NCBI GenBank assembly: GCA_001872735.1
Contig: MNWT01000024.1
Coordinates: 1,480-65,479 of the forward strand
Reading direction: 5' to 3'
DNA: 64,000 nt
Source: Verrucomicrobia bacterium CG1_02_43_26
Lineage (GTDB): Bacteria; Verrucomicrobiota; Verrucomicrobiia; Opitutales; CG1-02-43-26
Within the stretch, counting starts at the first letter, position 1. Every line of letters begins with the position of its first letter. The notes beneath the pieces are model-generated. The model saw only the letters and a list, made by a program, of their open reading frames with translations. It searched no databases and was not told the DNA's origin. Both the position numbers and the translations under genes were made by a program. Positions 56,099-64,000 of this stretch are shown in pieces.

Positions 56099-56983
56099 AT
56101 GGATACGACCCAAGAACGAGAGATTATAAGAGTTGATTCTGCAGGCTTTTGCTGGGGCGTAAAGCGAGCTGTTGACATGGCTGAAGAGCTGAGTGAGTCC
56201 GGCCAGAGACGCGTCTATACTGATGGACCCTTGATCCACAACAAGCAAATGATGGCCAAGCTAACTGCCTCCAACATTAAGGAAGTAGGCGATTACCAAA
56301 GCAAATCCGAAGTCGAACTTGATACAAATGATGCCTCAGCCGTGATGTTAGTACGAGCCCACGGAATAGCACCAGAGCGGCGTGAGTACCTAAAGTCACT
56401 CGGCTTAAAGTTTAAAGATGCTACCTGCCCGGATGTCGGGATCATTGCGGGCAAATTGAAATTACACGCTAAGAAAGGCTTTTCCGCAGTGATATTCGGC
56501 AACCCAGATCACCCGGAAGTAATCGGCTTGCTAGGCTATACTGCTGGCAGGGGCTACGCTGTACAGACCAAAGAGGATGTTGATCAGTTGCCCGATTTGG
56601 GCGATCAAATTTGCATGGTCTCTCAAACAACAATGTTTGTGGATGATTATAATGCATTAGCGGCTTATTTAAAGGAGCGTTTCCCCTCTGTTGTGGTGCT
56701 AGACACAATTTGTGGCGCAACCAAAGAGAGGCAGACTGATGTTTTAAAGCTTGTTGAGCAGGGGATTGAAGCAGTTGTCGTGATCGGGGGAAAACATTCC
56801 GCCAATACAGTGAAACTCGTGTCGTTAGTGGAGCGCTACGGTCGGCCGGCTTTCCATATAGAAACTACTGCAGATCTTGATTGTGCAGCCTTGAGAAAAT
56901 ATAATAAGATTGGCGTAACAGCAGGAGCTTCTACACCAAATTTCATTATTGATAGTGTTTACGAAGCGCTAAAAGCACTTTAG
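56099..56983 (+). CDS. ispH: 4-hydroxy-3-methylbut-2-enyl diphosphate reductase
   Basis: GFCWGVKRAV, VRAHG, ATCP, SQTT and GG.HSANT place the three Cys ligands as in IspH/LytB. I chose the ATG at 56099. Confidence 0.9.
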   Translation: MDTTQEREIIRVDSAGFCWGVKRAVDMAEELSESGQRRVYTDGPLIHNKQMMAKLTASNIKEVGDYQSKSEVELDTNDASAVMLVRAHGIAPERREYLKSLGLKFKDATCPDVGIIAGKLKLHAKKGFSAVIFGNPDHPEVIGLLGYTAGRGYAVQTKEDVDQLPDLGDQICMVSQTTMFVDDYNALAAYLKERFPSVVVLDTICGATKERQTDVLKLVEQGIEAVVVIGGKHSANTVKLVSLVERYGRPAFHIETTADLDCAALRKYNKIGVTAGASTPNFIIDSVYEALKAL

Positions 56984-56986
56984 CTG

Positions 56987-57616
56987 CTATTCGAAATACT
57001 GAGCGAGCTTTTGGATGGCCTTTTTGCGATGGCAGATTTGGTTTTTTAACGTTTGCCCTAATTGTGCAAATGTTTGGTCATAACCATCAGGAATGAAAAT
57101 AGGATCGTAGCCAAAACCCTCTGTGCCAGAAGGCTCCGTATGCAGCTTACCTTTACACACCCCGACAAAAATTTCTTCCTGCCTACTGGGGGTTAGTAAA
57201 ACAAGTACACAAAGAAATTGAGCACCACGATGGCCTTCCGGAACATGCTTAGTTTCCTGAAGCATTTTATTGTAATTATCTTTGTAGGTAGCCTTAGGGC
57301 CTGCGTATCTTGCTGAAAACAATCCGGGGGCACCATTGAGCGCGGCGACTTCGATACCGGAATCATCCCCTAGAATATAACAATTTTCAGGTACTTTATC
57401 TAAGAGCGCAAGGGCTTTCAGGCGCGCATTGTCTGCGTATGTAGCCCCGTTTTCCTCAACTTCAGGCATGCCACCCGGAAGCGATTGCGCGGGCATGACA
57501 TCAATTTCCAGGCCATGTTCATTTAAGAGTTGCTGAATTTCTTTAACTTTATCCAAATTATTAGAGGCGATAAAGAGCTTCAGTTTTTTTTCTATTGTAG
57601 TCCTAGCAACATTCAT
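56987..57616 (-). CDS. rdgB: dITP/XTP pyrophosphatase (RdgB/HAM1 family)
   Basis: ASNNLDKVKE, EENGATYADNA, GDDSGIEV, PGLFSARYAG and GFGYDPIF. Confidence 0.85.
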   Translation of the reverse strand: MNVARTTIEKKLKLFIASNNLDKVKEIQQLLNEHGLEIDVMPAQSLPGGMPEVEENGATYADNARLKALALLDKVPENCYILGDDSGIEVAALNGAPGLFSARYAGPKATYKDNYNKMLQETKHVPEGHRGAQFLCVLVLLTPSRQEEIFVGVCKGKLHTEPSGTEGFGYDPIFIPDGYDQTFAQLGQTLKNQICHRKKAIQKLAQYFE

Positions 57617-57637
57617 ATGCTTCTTATGTTCTCGGGC

Positions 57638-58270
57638 TTAGCCACGCACAAAGTTATTAAATTTTTTTTCATGGCCGATTGTGGTTTTTGGGCCATGGCC
57701 AGGGTAAACGATTGTTTCATCGGGAAGTGTATAAAGTTTTTCCTTAATAGATTGAAATAATTGCTCCTTGCTGCCGCCTGGGAGGTCGAATCGGCCTATA
57801 GAGCCTGCGAACAAGGCATCGCCAGGAAAAACGCAGTTTAGTTTCGGAAAATAGAACGCAATATTACCGCGTGAGTGGCCGGGGACGTGGAGGATCCTTA
57901 TCGTTTGGTTAAGGAGGTAAATTTCATCTCCATCGGTAAGCGTGTGATCAATTTTAGAAGGTGCTACACCTAAATCCCGCATCGCCACTGCGGACATGAT
58001 TGCCGGATTTTCGATGAGCGATTGATCTCCTGTATGTGCGTAAGAAGGCACTCCTAGCTTACGAATATTCTCCATTTCAAATGTGTGATCCCAATGGCCA
58101 TGCGTTATGAGTATATGCTTAAGGGTACAATGGGATGTCTCGAGATGAGACTTTATTACTTTAGTGGTGCCTTCTGGGGCATCTATAAGAATAGCCTCTC
58201 CAAGCTGTTTATCCAAAAGAAGATAAGCGTTGGTGGCAAATTCACCGAGTTCGAAAACCTTAATTTCCAT
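57638..58270 (-). CDS. MBL-fold hydrolase (GloB/hydroxyacylglutathione hydrolase-like)
   Basis: LITHGHWDH, VPGHSRG and PGHG. Confidence 0.8.
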   Translation of the reverse strand: MEIKVFELGEFATNAYLLLDKQLGEAILIDAPEGTTKVIKSHLETSHCTLKHILITHGHWDHTFEMENIRKLGVPSYAHTGDQSLIENPAIMSAVAMRDLGVAPSKIDHTLTDGDEIYLLNQTIRILHVPGHSRGNIAFYFPKLNCVFPGDALFAGSIGRFDLPGGSKEQLFQSIKEKLYTLPDETIVYPGHGPKTTIGHEKKFNNFVRG

Positions 58271-58565
58271 AAGCAGACATATAGTAGATTAGGCCAGGAG
58301 GCTTTGCGATCAAAAAATGCTCGATACAGGTGACGAGACGGACATCTTCTCCGAGCGGGGTTTTTTTATACAACATAGACAAATGCATGCCCGTTTAATT
58401 CTCATTTTGAAAAGTACCGTACCAAAAATAGCGTTGTCAATTGAAGATATTTTAATTAACGTTAGAGTATAGTCATCATATGACAGGAATGCCCCCTTTC
58501 ACCCTAGTGGTTGCCCCCCGTTTATCCAGATCGCTTGAAGTAATGAAGATCGAACCTACCCAGAA

Positions 58566-61352
58566 ATGAATTTTTTCAAAAATCTTTCGATCAAGAAGAA
58601 GTTGGTTGTCATCATTGCGATGTCGAGCTCAATTTCCTTGTTATTGGCAACAACAGTTCTGGCGCTTGCGTATTTGATCAAAGTTAGGGACGAATTGGTT
58701 AGGGAGTTGAGCATGGTCTCAAATATTATCGCAAAAAACAGTTCCAAAGCCATTGTATATGATGACGAAGAAGGGATAAGAGACATACTGAGCTCCTTGC
58801 AAGCCAATACAAATATTGATTACTCGATATTATACGATAAAGAAGGGAAAGTATTGTCCATGTATAAGCAACCCAGTGTAGAGTCTGCGCTTGAGAGTAT
58901 TCCCAATGTAACTTCTGTAGACCGCATTCGATACCATTTCACGGGAGAGTTTTTGTCATGGTTTCAGCCGATATATTATAATGCGGAAAAAATAGGGGTT
59001 TTGTATGTTAGGTACGATTTATCAGATATACGCTTTCAGATACGTAATTATGGATTGGCACTTGTTGGAACGTTATTAGCGTCCATTTTCATTGGGCTTG
59101 TTATTTCTCGAGGACTGAGAAATATAATTCTCAAGCCGATTCTAGACCTCTTTTTAACGACTAGAAAGATTTCCAAGAGTAAAGACTATTCATTAAGGCT
59201 ACGGAATTATTCGGAGGACGAAATAGGGGTACTGATTCAGTCGTTTAATGAAATGCTTTCCGAGATTCAAAAGCGTGATATAAAACTGGAGAAATACAGT
59301 GAAGAACTCGAGAACCAAGTTAATGCTCGAACATCAGAACTGATTGAGTCCAACCGTCAACTAATGATTTTTCGCAAATTTGCTGAAAATGCGGGACAGG
59401 GGTTATGTATAGCATTATTAAACTACGAAAGTGTCTATTTGAATCCTGCTTACCGAAGGCTTGTCTATGAAAAGAGTATTTCAGAGGCGATTGGAAAACC
59501 CATTTTGCGCTATTATAATGAAGAAGTAGCCCGTAGGATAAAAAATGAAATTTTGCCGGTAGTATTAGAAATTGGCCAATGGACCGGTGAGTTAAACATG
59601 GTAACCTTGCAAGGGAAAGTAATTCCAACAATTGTCAATTTTTTTGCTATAAATGATGAAGCTTCTCGCCCCCTGTATTTAGCGTGTCTGATTACCGATA
59701 TTACCGAGACAAAGAATACGGAGCAGATTTTAAGAAGAGCCAAAGAAGAAGCGGAGAATCTCAATAAACAGCTAGCATTGGCAATTGGGGAGGCCGAGCG
59801 GCAAACGATTGCGAGCCAAGCGAAAAGTGAGTTTTTAGCGAATATGAGCCATGAAATTCGTACGCCTATGAATGCGGTTATGGGAATGGCTGCTTTGCTG
59901 ATGGATACAGATTTAAATGCGGTACAGCGTGACTTTGTGGAAACCATTCGCCAAAGCAGCGAGGCGTTATTAGGCATTATTAATGATATTTTGGATTTAT
60001 CCAAAATAGAATCTGGTATGATGGAGCTTAGTAACCGTTCTTTAGATCTGTACGCTACGGTAGACGAAGTAATGGATTTGTTTGCTGTTCAAGCAAATCA
60101 GAAAGGGCTTGAGTTATTATATTTTATACAAAAGGATGTGCCTCAATACATTGTGGGTGATGCGACTCGTTTGAGGCAGATTATTGTTAATTTAGTAGGT
60201 AATGCGATTAAATTTACTGAAAATGGGGTGATTTACTTAGGGGTGAGTATTGCTACTACCTCCAAGGATAATTGCCATTTGCAATTTGTTGTGCAAGATA
60301 CTGGCATTGGGATTCATCGCGATAAAATAAATAAGCTCTTTAAGCCATTCTCTCAAGTTGACTCTTCTAGAACACGCCGATTTGGCGGAACCGGTTTGGG
60401 GTTAAGTATTAGTAAGCGTTTGGCGGAAATGATGAATGGTACGATGTGGGTGGAAAGCATTCCTGGAGAAGGATCCGCATTTTATTTCACCGTTACCGCA
60501 AAGGTGAATTACGATGCTAATCCAGTGCCCTTGCAAGATAAGAAAATCATTGGCAAAAATATTTTATTGGTTCTTCCTCGTGAGCGTACTGCCGAGGTAA
60601 TGACATCCATATTGGATAAGCATAAGATTCATTCGATGTGTTGCCATTCCGGCCAGGAAGCGATGGAAGTCTTATCAACCAAGGAAGATTTTGATGCGGT
60701 ATTAATGAGCTCTATTTTACCGGATATGGAGGGCATATCTTTGGCTCACAAAATTAGAGGATTGGAGTTATTTAGTGGGCTTCCCTTGATTTTATATTCA
60801 TCAATTGGGGACTCTAAAATAAGAAACGATATGCATCATTTAAAAAATGCGTATTTAATGTCACAACCATTAAAAGAAGTTATTTTGATCAAAACCGTTT
60901 CAGATGCCTTTGCTAACACTAAAGCCACGTATATAAAAGAAGCGATTTTCTTGAGTGATGAAGATACTGCTGAAAACAAAGCACGTAAAATCCTGCTTGT
61001 TGAGGATAATAAGGTAAACCAAAAGGTTGGCTTACTCTTGTTGACGAAAATGGGATATAGCGCTGATGTTGCCAGTAATGGATTAGAAGCGTTTGAAATC
61101 ATTAAAAATAATGATTACGATGTTATTTACATGGACATGCAAATGCCGGTGATGGATGGTGTCGAGGCCACCAAGAAAATCCGAAAATATTGTTATGAGA
61201 ACGATAAAAACCAGCCTTACATTATCGCCCTAACCGCAGGTGCTACGATAAAAGATAGGGAAGCGTGTTTGGAATGTGGTATGAACGACTTTATTACGAA
61301 GCCAATAAAGGTTGAGGAACTAAAAGAGTCACTCAATAAAAAGTACAGATAA
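58566..61352 (+). CDS. hybrid sensor histidine kinase with a periplasmic sensor, HAMP, PAS, HisKA, HATPase_c, a degenerate receiver and a canonical receiver
   Basis: H-box SHEIRTPMNAV, N/G boxes (NLVGNAIKFT; DTGIGI; GGTGLGLSI), and a terminal REC (ILLVEDNKVNQ...DVIYMDMQMPVMDG...K). Confidence 0.9.
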   Translation: MNFFKNLSIKKKLVVIIAMSSSISLLLATTVLALAYLIKVRDELVRELSMVSNIIAKNSSKAIVYDDEEGIRDILSSLQANTNIDYSILYDKEGKVLSMYKQPSVESALESIPNVTSVDRIRYHFTGEFLSWFQPIYYNAEKIGVLYVRYDLSDIRFQIRNYGLALVGTLLASIFIGLVISRGLRNIILKPILDLFLTTRKISKSKDYSLRLRNYSEDEIGVLIQSFNEMLSEIQKRDIKLEKYSEELENQVNARTSELIESNRQLMIFRKFAENAGQGLCIALLNYESVYLNPAYRRLVYEKSISEAIGKPILRYYNEEVARRIKNEILPVVLEIGQWTGELNMVTLQGKVIPTIVNFFAINDEASRPLYLACLITDITETKNTEQILRRAKEEAENLNKQLALAIGEAERQTIASQAKSEFLANMSHEIRTPMNAVMGMAALLMDTDLNAVQRDFVETIRQSSEALLGIINDILDLSKIESGMMELSNRSLDLYATVDEVMDLFAVQANQKGLELLYFIQKDVPQYIVGDATRLRQIIVNLVGNAIKFTENGVIYLGVSIATTSKDNCHLQFVVQDTGIGIHRDKINKLFKPFSQVDSSRTRRFGGTGLGLSISKRLAEMMNGTMWVESIPGEGSAFYFTVTAKVNYDANPVPLQDKKIIGKNILLVLPRERTAEVMTSILDKHKIHSMCCHSGQEAMEVLSTKEDFDAVLMSSILPDMEGISLAHKIRGLELFSGLPLILYSSIGDSKIRNDMHHLKNAYLMSQPLKEVILIKTVSDAFANTKATYIKEAIFLSDEDTAENKARKILLVEDNKVNQKVGLLLLTKMGYSADVASNGLEAFEIIKNNDYDVIYMDMQMPVMDGVEATKKIRKYCYENDKNQPYIIALTAGATIKDREACLECGMNDFITKPIKVEELKESLNKKYR

Positions 61353-61366
61353 CTTTTACGAAGTAA

Positions 61367-61441
<75 letters not shown>

Positions 61442-61564
61442 TTATTGTGGTTATTCAAATAAAGAAATTAACCTCAAGAGTGTCAACGAAAAACTGTAAA
61501 AAAATGCAGTTTAGGTTATTAAGCAATTGCATTTTACTCAGAGAGTTGCAGAATGTAGACAAGA

Positions 61565-62287
61565 GTGAATCCATTTATCGAGAAATTACTAAAGATCCAA
61601 GAGCTTGATAAGCGCCTCATGGAAGCAACGCATCGATTGCATGAGATCCCTAAAGAGATCAATGCGATTGAGCAAAATGCGAGGGATCTTGAGGCAAAGG
61701 TAGCGCAAGAAAGAAAAAACTTGCAAGATTTGGAAGTAAAAAGGCGCGATTTGGATCAAGTCCTGAAGTCCACAGAAGACCTTATCGTGAAGCATAAATC
61801 CCAACAATTGCAGGTCAAGAAAACAGAAGAATTTGAAGCGCTTAATAATGAAATTGAAAAGGCACAGGCTACGATAGGGGATCAGGAAGATGAAGAGATG
61901 GCTTTGTTGTTAAAAATAGACGAAGAAAATGAGGCTCTTCAATTGCATGAAGTGGAGCTTCGGGAGATGTCCTCTGAACTTAAAAGTCAAATTGAGACTT
62001 TGCGTGATCAGGAAAAGAGCTTAAAGGAATCCCTAACAGAGCTTGAAAATAACCTGAGTCAAGCTGAGGGGGAAATTGACGCTCCTACCTTATCTTTATA
62101 TAAAAGAGTGCGCCAAACCCGGAAAAAACCTCCCTTTATTGTACCCCTTGATTTAGAAGAAAGGCGCTGCCAGGGATGCTATCTAAAAGTCTCCAATGAC
62201 ATTTATAGTAGCATGGTGAAAGGTGCCCAACTACAGCAGTGTGATCAGTGTACGCGTATCCTGTTTCTCAAAGATACAGAAGAGTAA
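61565..62287 (+). CDS. coiled-coil protein with a C-terminal C4 zinc ribbon (COG1579-like)
   Basis: A long heptad-rich region, then CQGC...CDQC. GTG start. Confidence 0.7.
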   Translation: MNPFIEKLLKIQELDKRLMEATHRLHEIPKEINAIEQNARDLEAKVAQERKNLQDLEVKRRDLDQVLKSTEDLIVKHKSQQLQVKKTEEFEALNNEIEKAQATIGDQEDEEMALLLKIDEENEALQLHEVELREMSSELKSQIETLRDQEKSLKESLTELENNLSQAEGEIDAPTLSLYKRVRQTRKKPPFIVPLDLEERRCQGCYLKVSNDIYSSMVKGAQLQQCDQCTRILFLKDTEE

Positions 62288-62294
62288 AACGGGA

Positions 62295-63170
62295 TTACAG
62301 GAAATGGTGTAGGTCTAGCATTTTAAGCATATTAAAAAGCTCTTCTTTTTTTGTGATTTGTTTTGGCTGATACCCATTAATTTTATCACGCAAAACGGTA
62401 ACAGCATCGCATTTATACAACAGAACCTTGAAGCGATTATATAGCCCACTGTCCAGTTGCTCAAAGAACGTTATTAAATCTACATGATATCGTTCAGCCA
62501 GCAGTAGAAGGGTAGTATAGTCATTGCAGCCATTTGTAGCTAAAGACTCTATTAGGGTACTTTGATGCTTTTTTGAGATCCCGTTGGCGAAATCAGTAAA
62601 ATGCCCGAAGCACACAAGCCTATATAAAGGGGTAAAGTTGCCGAATTTTTTGGACATAAATTTTAGCAGGTGAGGCTTTTGTGTACTTGGCAAGACAGCG
62701 TATAGATTGCTTAAATAACCATCATCCGCTAAAAGCATGATCGGTGCGTTACCTGATTTCTTTTCTGCTAGGGTCAAGTATTGAAAAAAACCTAGCCAAT
62801 ATTTTTCAGGGCTAATAAAGTTGTCCGGATTTAAATAATACAGGCGAACTTCTTTATCCGGAAAAATAGCAGCAGCAATAGACTCATTTTGTGCTAAAAA
62901 TTTTATTAATTGATTAAACTCTTGGTTGGGTTTTGAATCAGTTTGCAAAATTCTTTTGTCTAGTGGCTTAAATATAACTTTTTCCTTTTCCCCGATATTC
63001 AAATTTTCAATGCCCTTCAAGACATTCTTGAACAAACGTGTAGACTTGTTTTTGGATTTTTTTTCTATCTTTGATTGCACATTCTTGCGAGTTTCTTTTA
63101 GCTTAAACGTCAGCGGTTCAAAGATGTCATTTCTTTTTTTCAGTGAGGGTTCGTTATTGTCTGTTTTCAT
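62295..63170 (-). CDS. orphan hypothetical protein (291 aa), AT-rich
   Basis: Clean ORF with a Lys-rich N-terminus. No family recognised. Confidence 0.5.
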   Translation of the reverse strand: MKTDNNEPSLKKRNDIFEPLTFKLKETRKNVQSKIEKKSKNKSTRLFKNVLKGIENLNIGEKEKVIFKPLDKRILQTDSKPNQEFNQLIKFLAQNESIAAAIFPDKEVRLYYLNPDNFISPEKYWLGFFQYLTLAEKKSGNAPIMLLADDGYLSNLYAVLPSTQKPHLLKFMSKKFGNFTPLYRLVCFGHFTDFANGISKKHQSTLIESLATNGCNDYTTLLLLAERYHVDLITFFEQLDSGLYNRFKVLLYKCDAVTVLRDKINGYQPKQITKKEELFNMLKMLDLHHFL

Positions 63171-63233
63171 TTTTTGAGATGACTAGGTTTTACAGGGGAA
63201 CTTTAGAGGCAATTGAGGAGGAAGCGAGAATGC

Positions 63234-64000
63234 CTAAATGTGAGTCGGCATTTCGCTATGTAATTCATGGAACGCAGAAAGAAGCATTTCGTCTGAAATA
63301 CCAACGAGCCCCGCAGGAGAGGCCTCACCTATAATAGAGCGATGACGGTCTCCTTTAGGCATCCATTCAAATTTGTTACTATATTCGCGGAACCACGAAA
63401 GTGTGGGAGTTCCCGCCATTAGGGCGACATGGATTGCTCCAGAATCACCGCCAATATGTATTTGTGCTAACTGTATTAAGGCAGCAAGTTCTATCAGGGA
63501 TAAATTTCCCGGAAATGCCAGTGCAGGTTCAAATGAAAGGGAAGATAGCAGTTCCTTAAATTTTGTTTTTTCTCGCTCATTTGGGGCGCAAGAAAGGATA
63601 ATATCCACTTCATGATAATTCTTGTTTATCGCATTTAATAAAGCAGCAATTTGCGGAATGGGAAGCTCTTTGTAGTCTAGCGTGGTAAAGGGGCTGATAT
63701 GGATGAATGGATTGCTTTTACGGGTACGTTTACCCAGTAACGATTTGACCTTTTGCACAATCTGTTCAGGTATTTTTATAACAAATTCTGCTTTACTAGT
63801 AGGAAACCCCGCCTGGCGTAGGCATCTGCAATTTTGCTCATAAACAGGAGATTGGCCGCGGGGAACATATGTCGCATGGGTGAAGCAGAAAGGCCAATAC
63901 CAGCGTTTTTTGTTTGGTATTCGTCCAAGTCTGTATTTAGCACCCGTACTCAATGTTAAAAAACTAGAACGATCAGAACCATTGATGTTGATGACCACAT
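63234..64000 (-). CDS. glycosyltransferase family 9 (LPS heptosyltransferase-like), N-terminus beyond the window
   Basis: GGDSGAIHVALMAGTPTLSWF matches the GT9 G.DSG..H.A.A.G.P motif. The ORF is open to the window edge. Confidence 0.75.
   Translation of the reverse strand, partial: VVININGSDRSSFLTLSTGAKYRLGRIPNKKRWYWPFCFTHATYVPRGQSPVYEQNCRCLRQAGFPTSKAEFVIKIPEQIVQKVKSLLGKRTRKSNPFIHISPFTTLDYKELPIPQIAALLNAINKNYHEVDIILSCAPNEREKTKFKELLSSLSFEPALAFPGNLSLIELAALIQLAQIHIGGDSGAIHVALMAGTPTLSWFREYSNKFEWMPKGDRHRSIIGEASPAGLVGISDEMLLSAFHELHSEMPTHI

Noticed and set aside
58312-58367. An A6 run, a GCTCG...GAGA...TCTC-CGAGC hairpin and a T7 run lie between divergent genes, which could be the bidirectional terminator of an unannotated sRNA. 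A TTGACA on the minus strand at 58435-58440 could be its promoter.
   Set aside because: The stem is interrupted by an 11-nt asymmetric bulge and has only 9 paired bases. The putative -10 box (TACTTT) is weak. The evidence is too thin without transcript data.

Overview
The window is a 64-kb chromosomal segment from a diderm, flagellated bacterium. The diderm call rests on LptD, a Wzx-type flippase and a GT9 heptosyltransferase; the flagellar call rests on flgM, fliS and an FlgN-like gene. The backbone is ordinary housekeeping: tkt, rpoN, lipB, thiL, tsaE, cardiolipin synthase, lptD, a ROK glucokinase, dnaK-groES-groEL, mnmA, rpiB, glyA, ispH and rdgB. It also holds a CPA2 cation/H+ antiporter, a peptide-type ABC importer (binding protein plus two permeases, no ATPase in the window) and a hybrid histidine kinase. 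There are five tRNAs: Thr-CGT, Ser-GCT, Cys-GCA, Leu-TAA and Met/Ile2-CAT. I recognised no rRNA, CRISPR array, transposase, integrase or phage gene. Most start codons, including groES, groEL, tkt and glyA, have A/T-rich upstream regions with no Shine-Dalgarno motif. DnaK and GroEL look PVC-like (Verrucomicrobia-type) from memory, but taxonomy cannot be settled without a database search. Scattered through the backbone are visibly AT-richer, orphan-looking ORFs, several next to tRNA genes. They include an F-box-like protein, a 737-aa protein with a protein-kinase-like catalytic motif, a 735-aa acidic repeat protein and Asn-rich N-termini. Together these suggest a host-interaction (effector-like) repertoire. 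I did not find a single clear-cut novel multi-gene system. The best leads are as follows. (1) A duplicated ~87-nt intergenic element whose 12-bp hairpin carries a compensatory base-pair change, sitting in a 1-kb gene-free region. (2) A perfect-core sigma-54 promoter directly upstream of dnaK-groESL, with rpoN in the same window. (3) A pseC / GNAT::ATP-grasp fusion / AdoMetDC-like / MBL cluster that may be a non-canonical amino-sugar modification pathway. (4) The eukaryote-like and kinase-like orphan proteins. All functional calls rest on motif recognition by eye and need HMM or structure searches.
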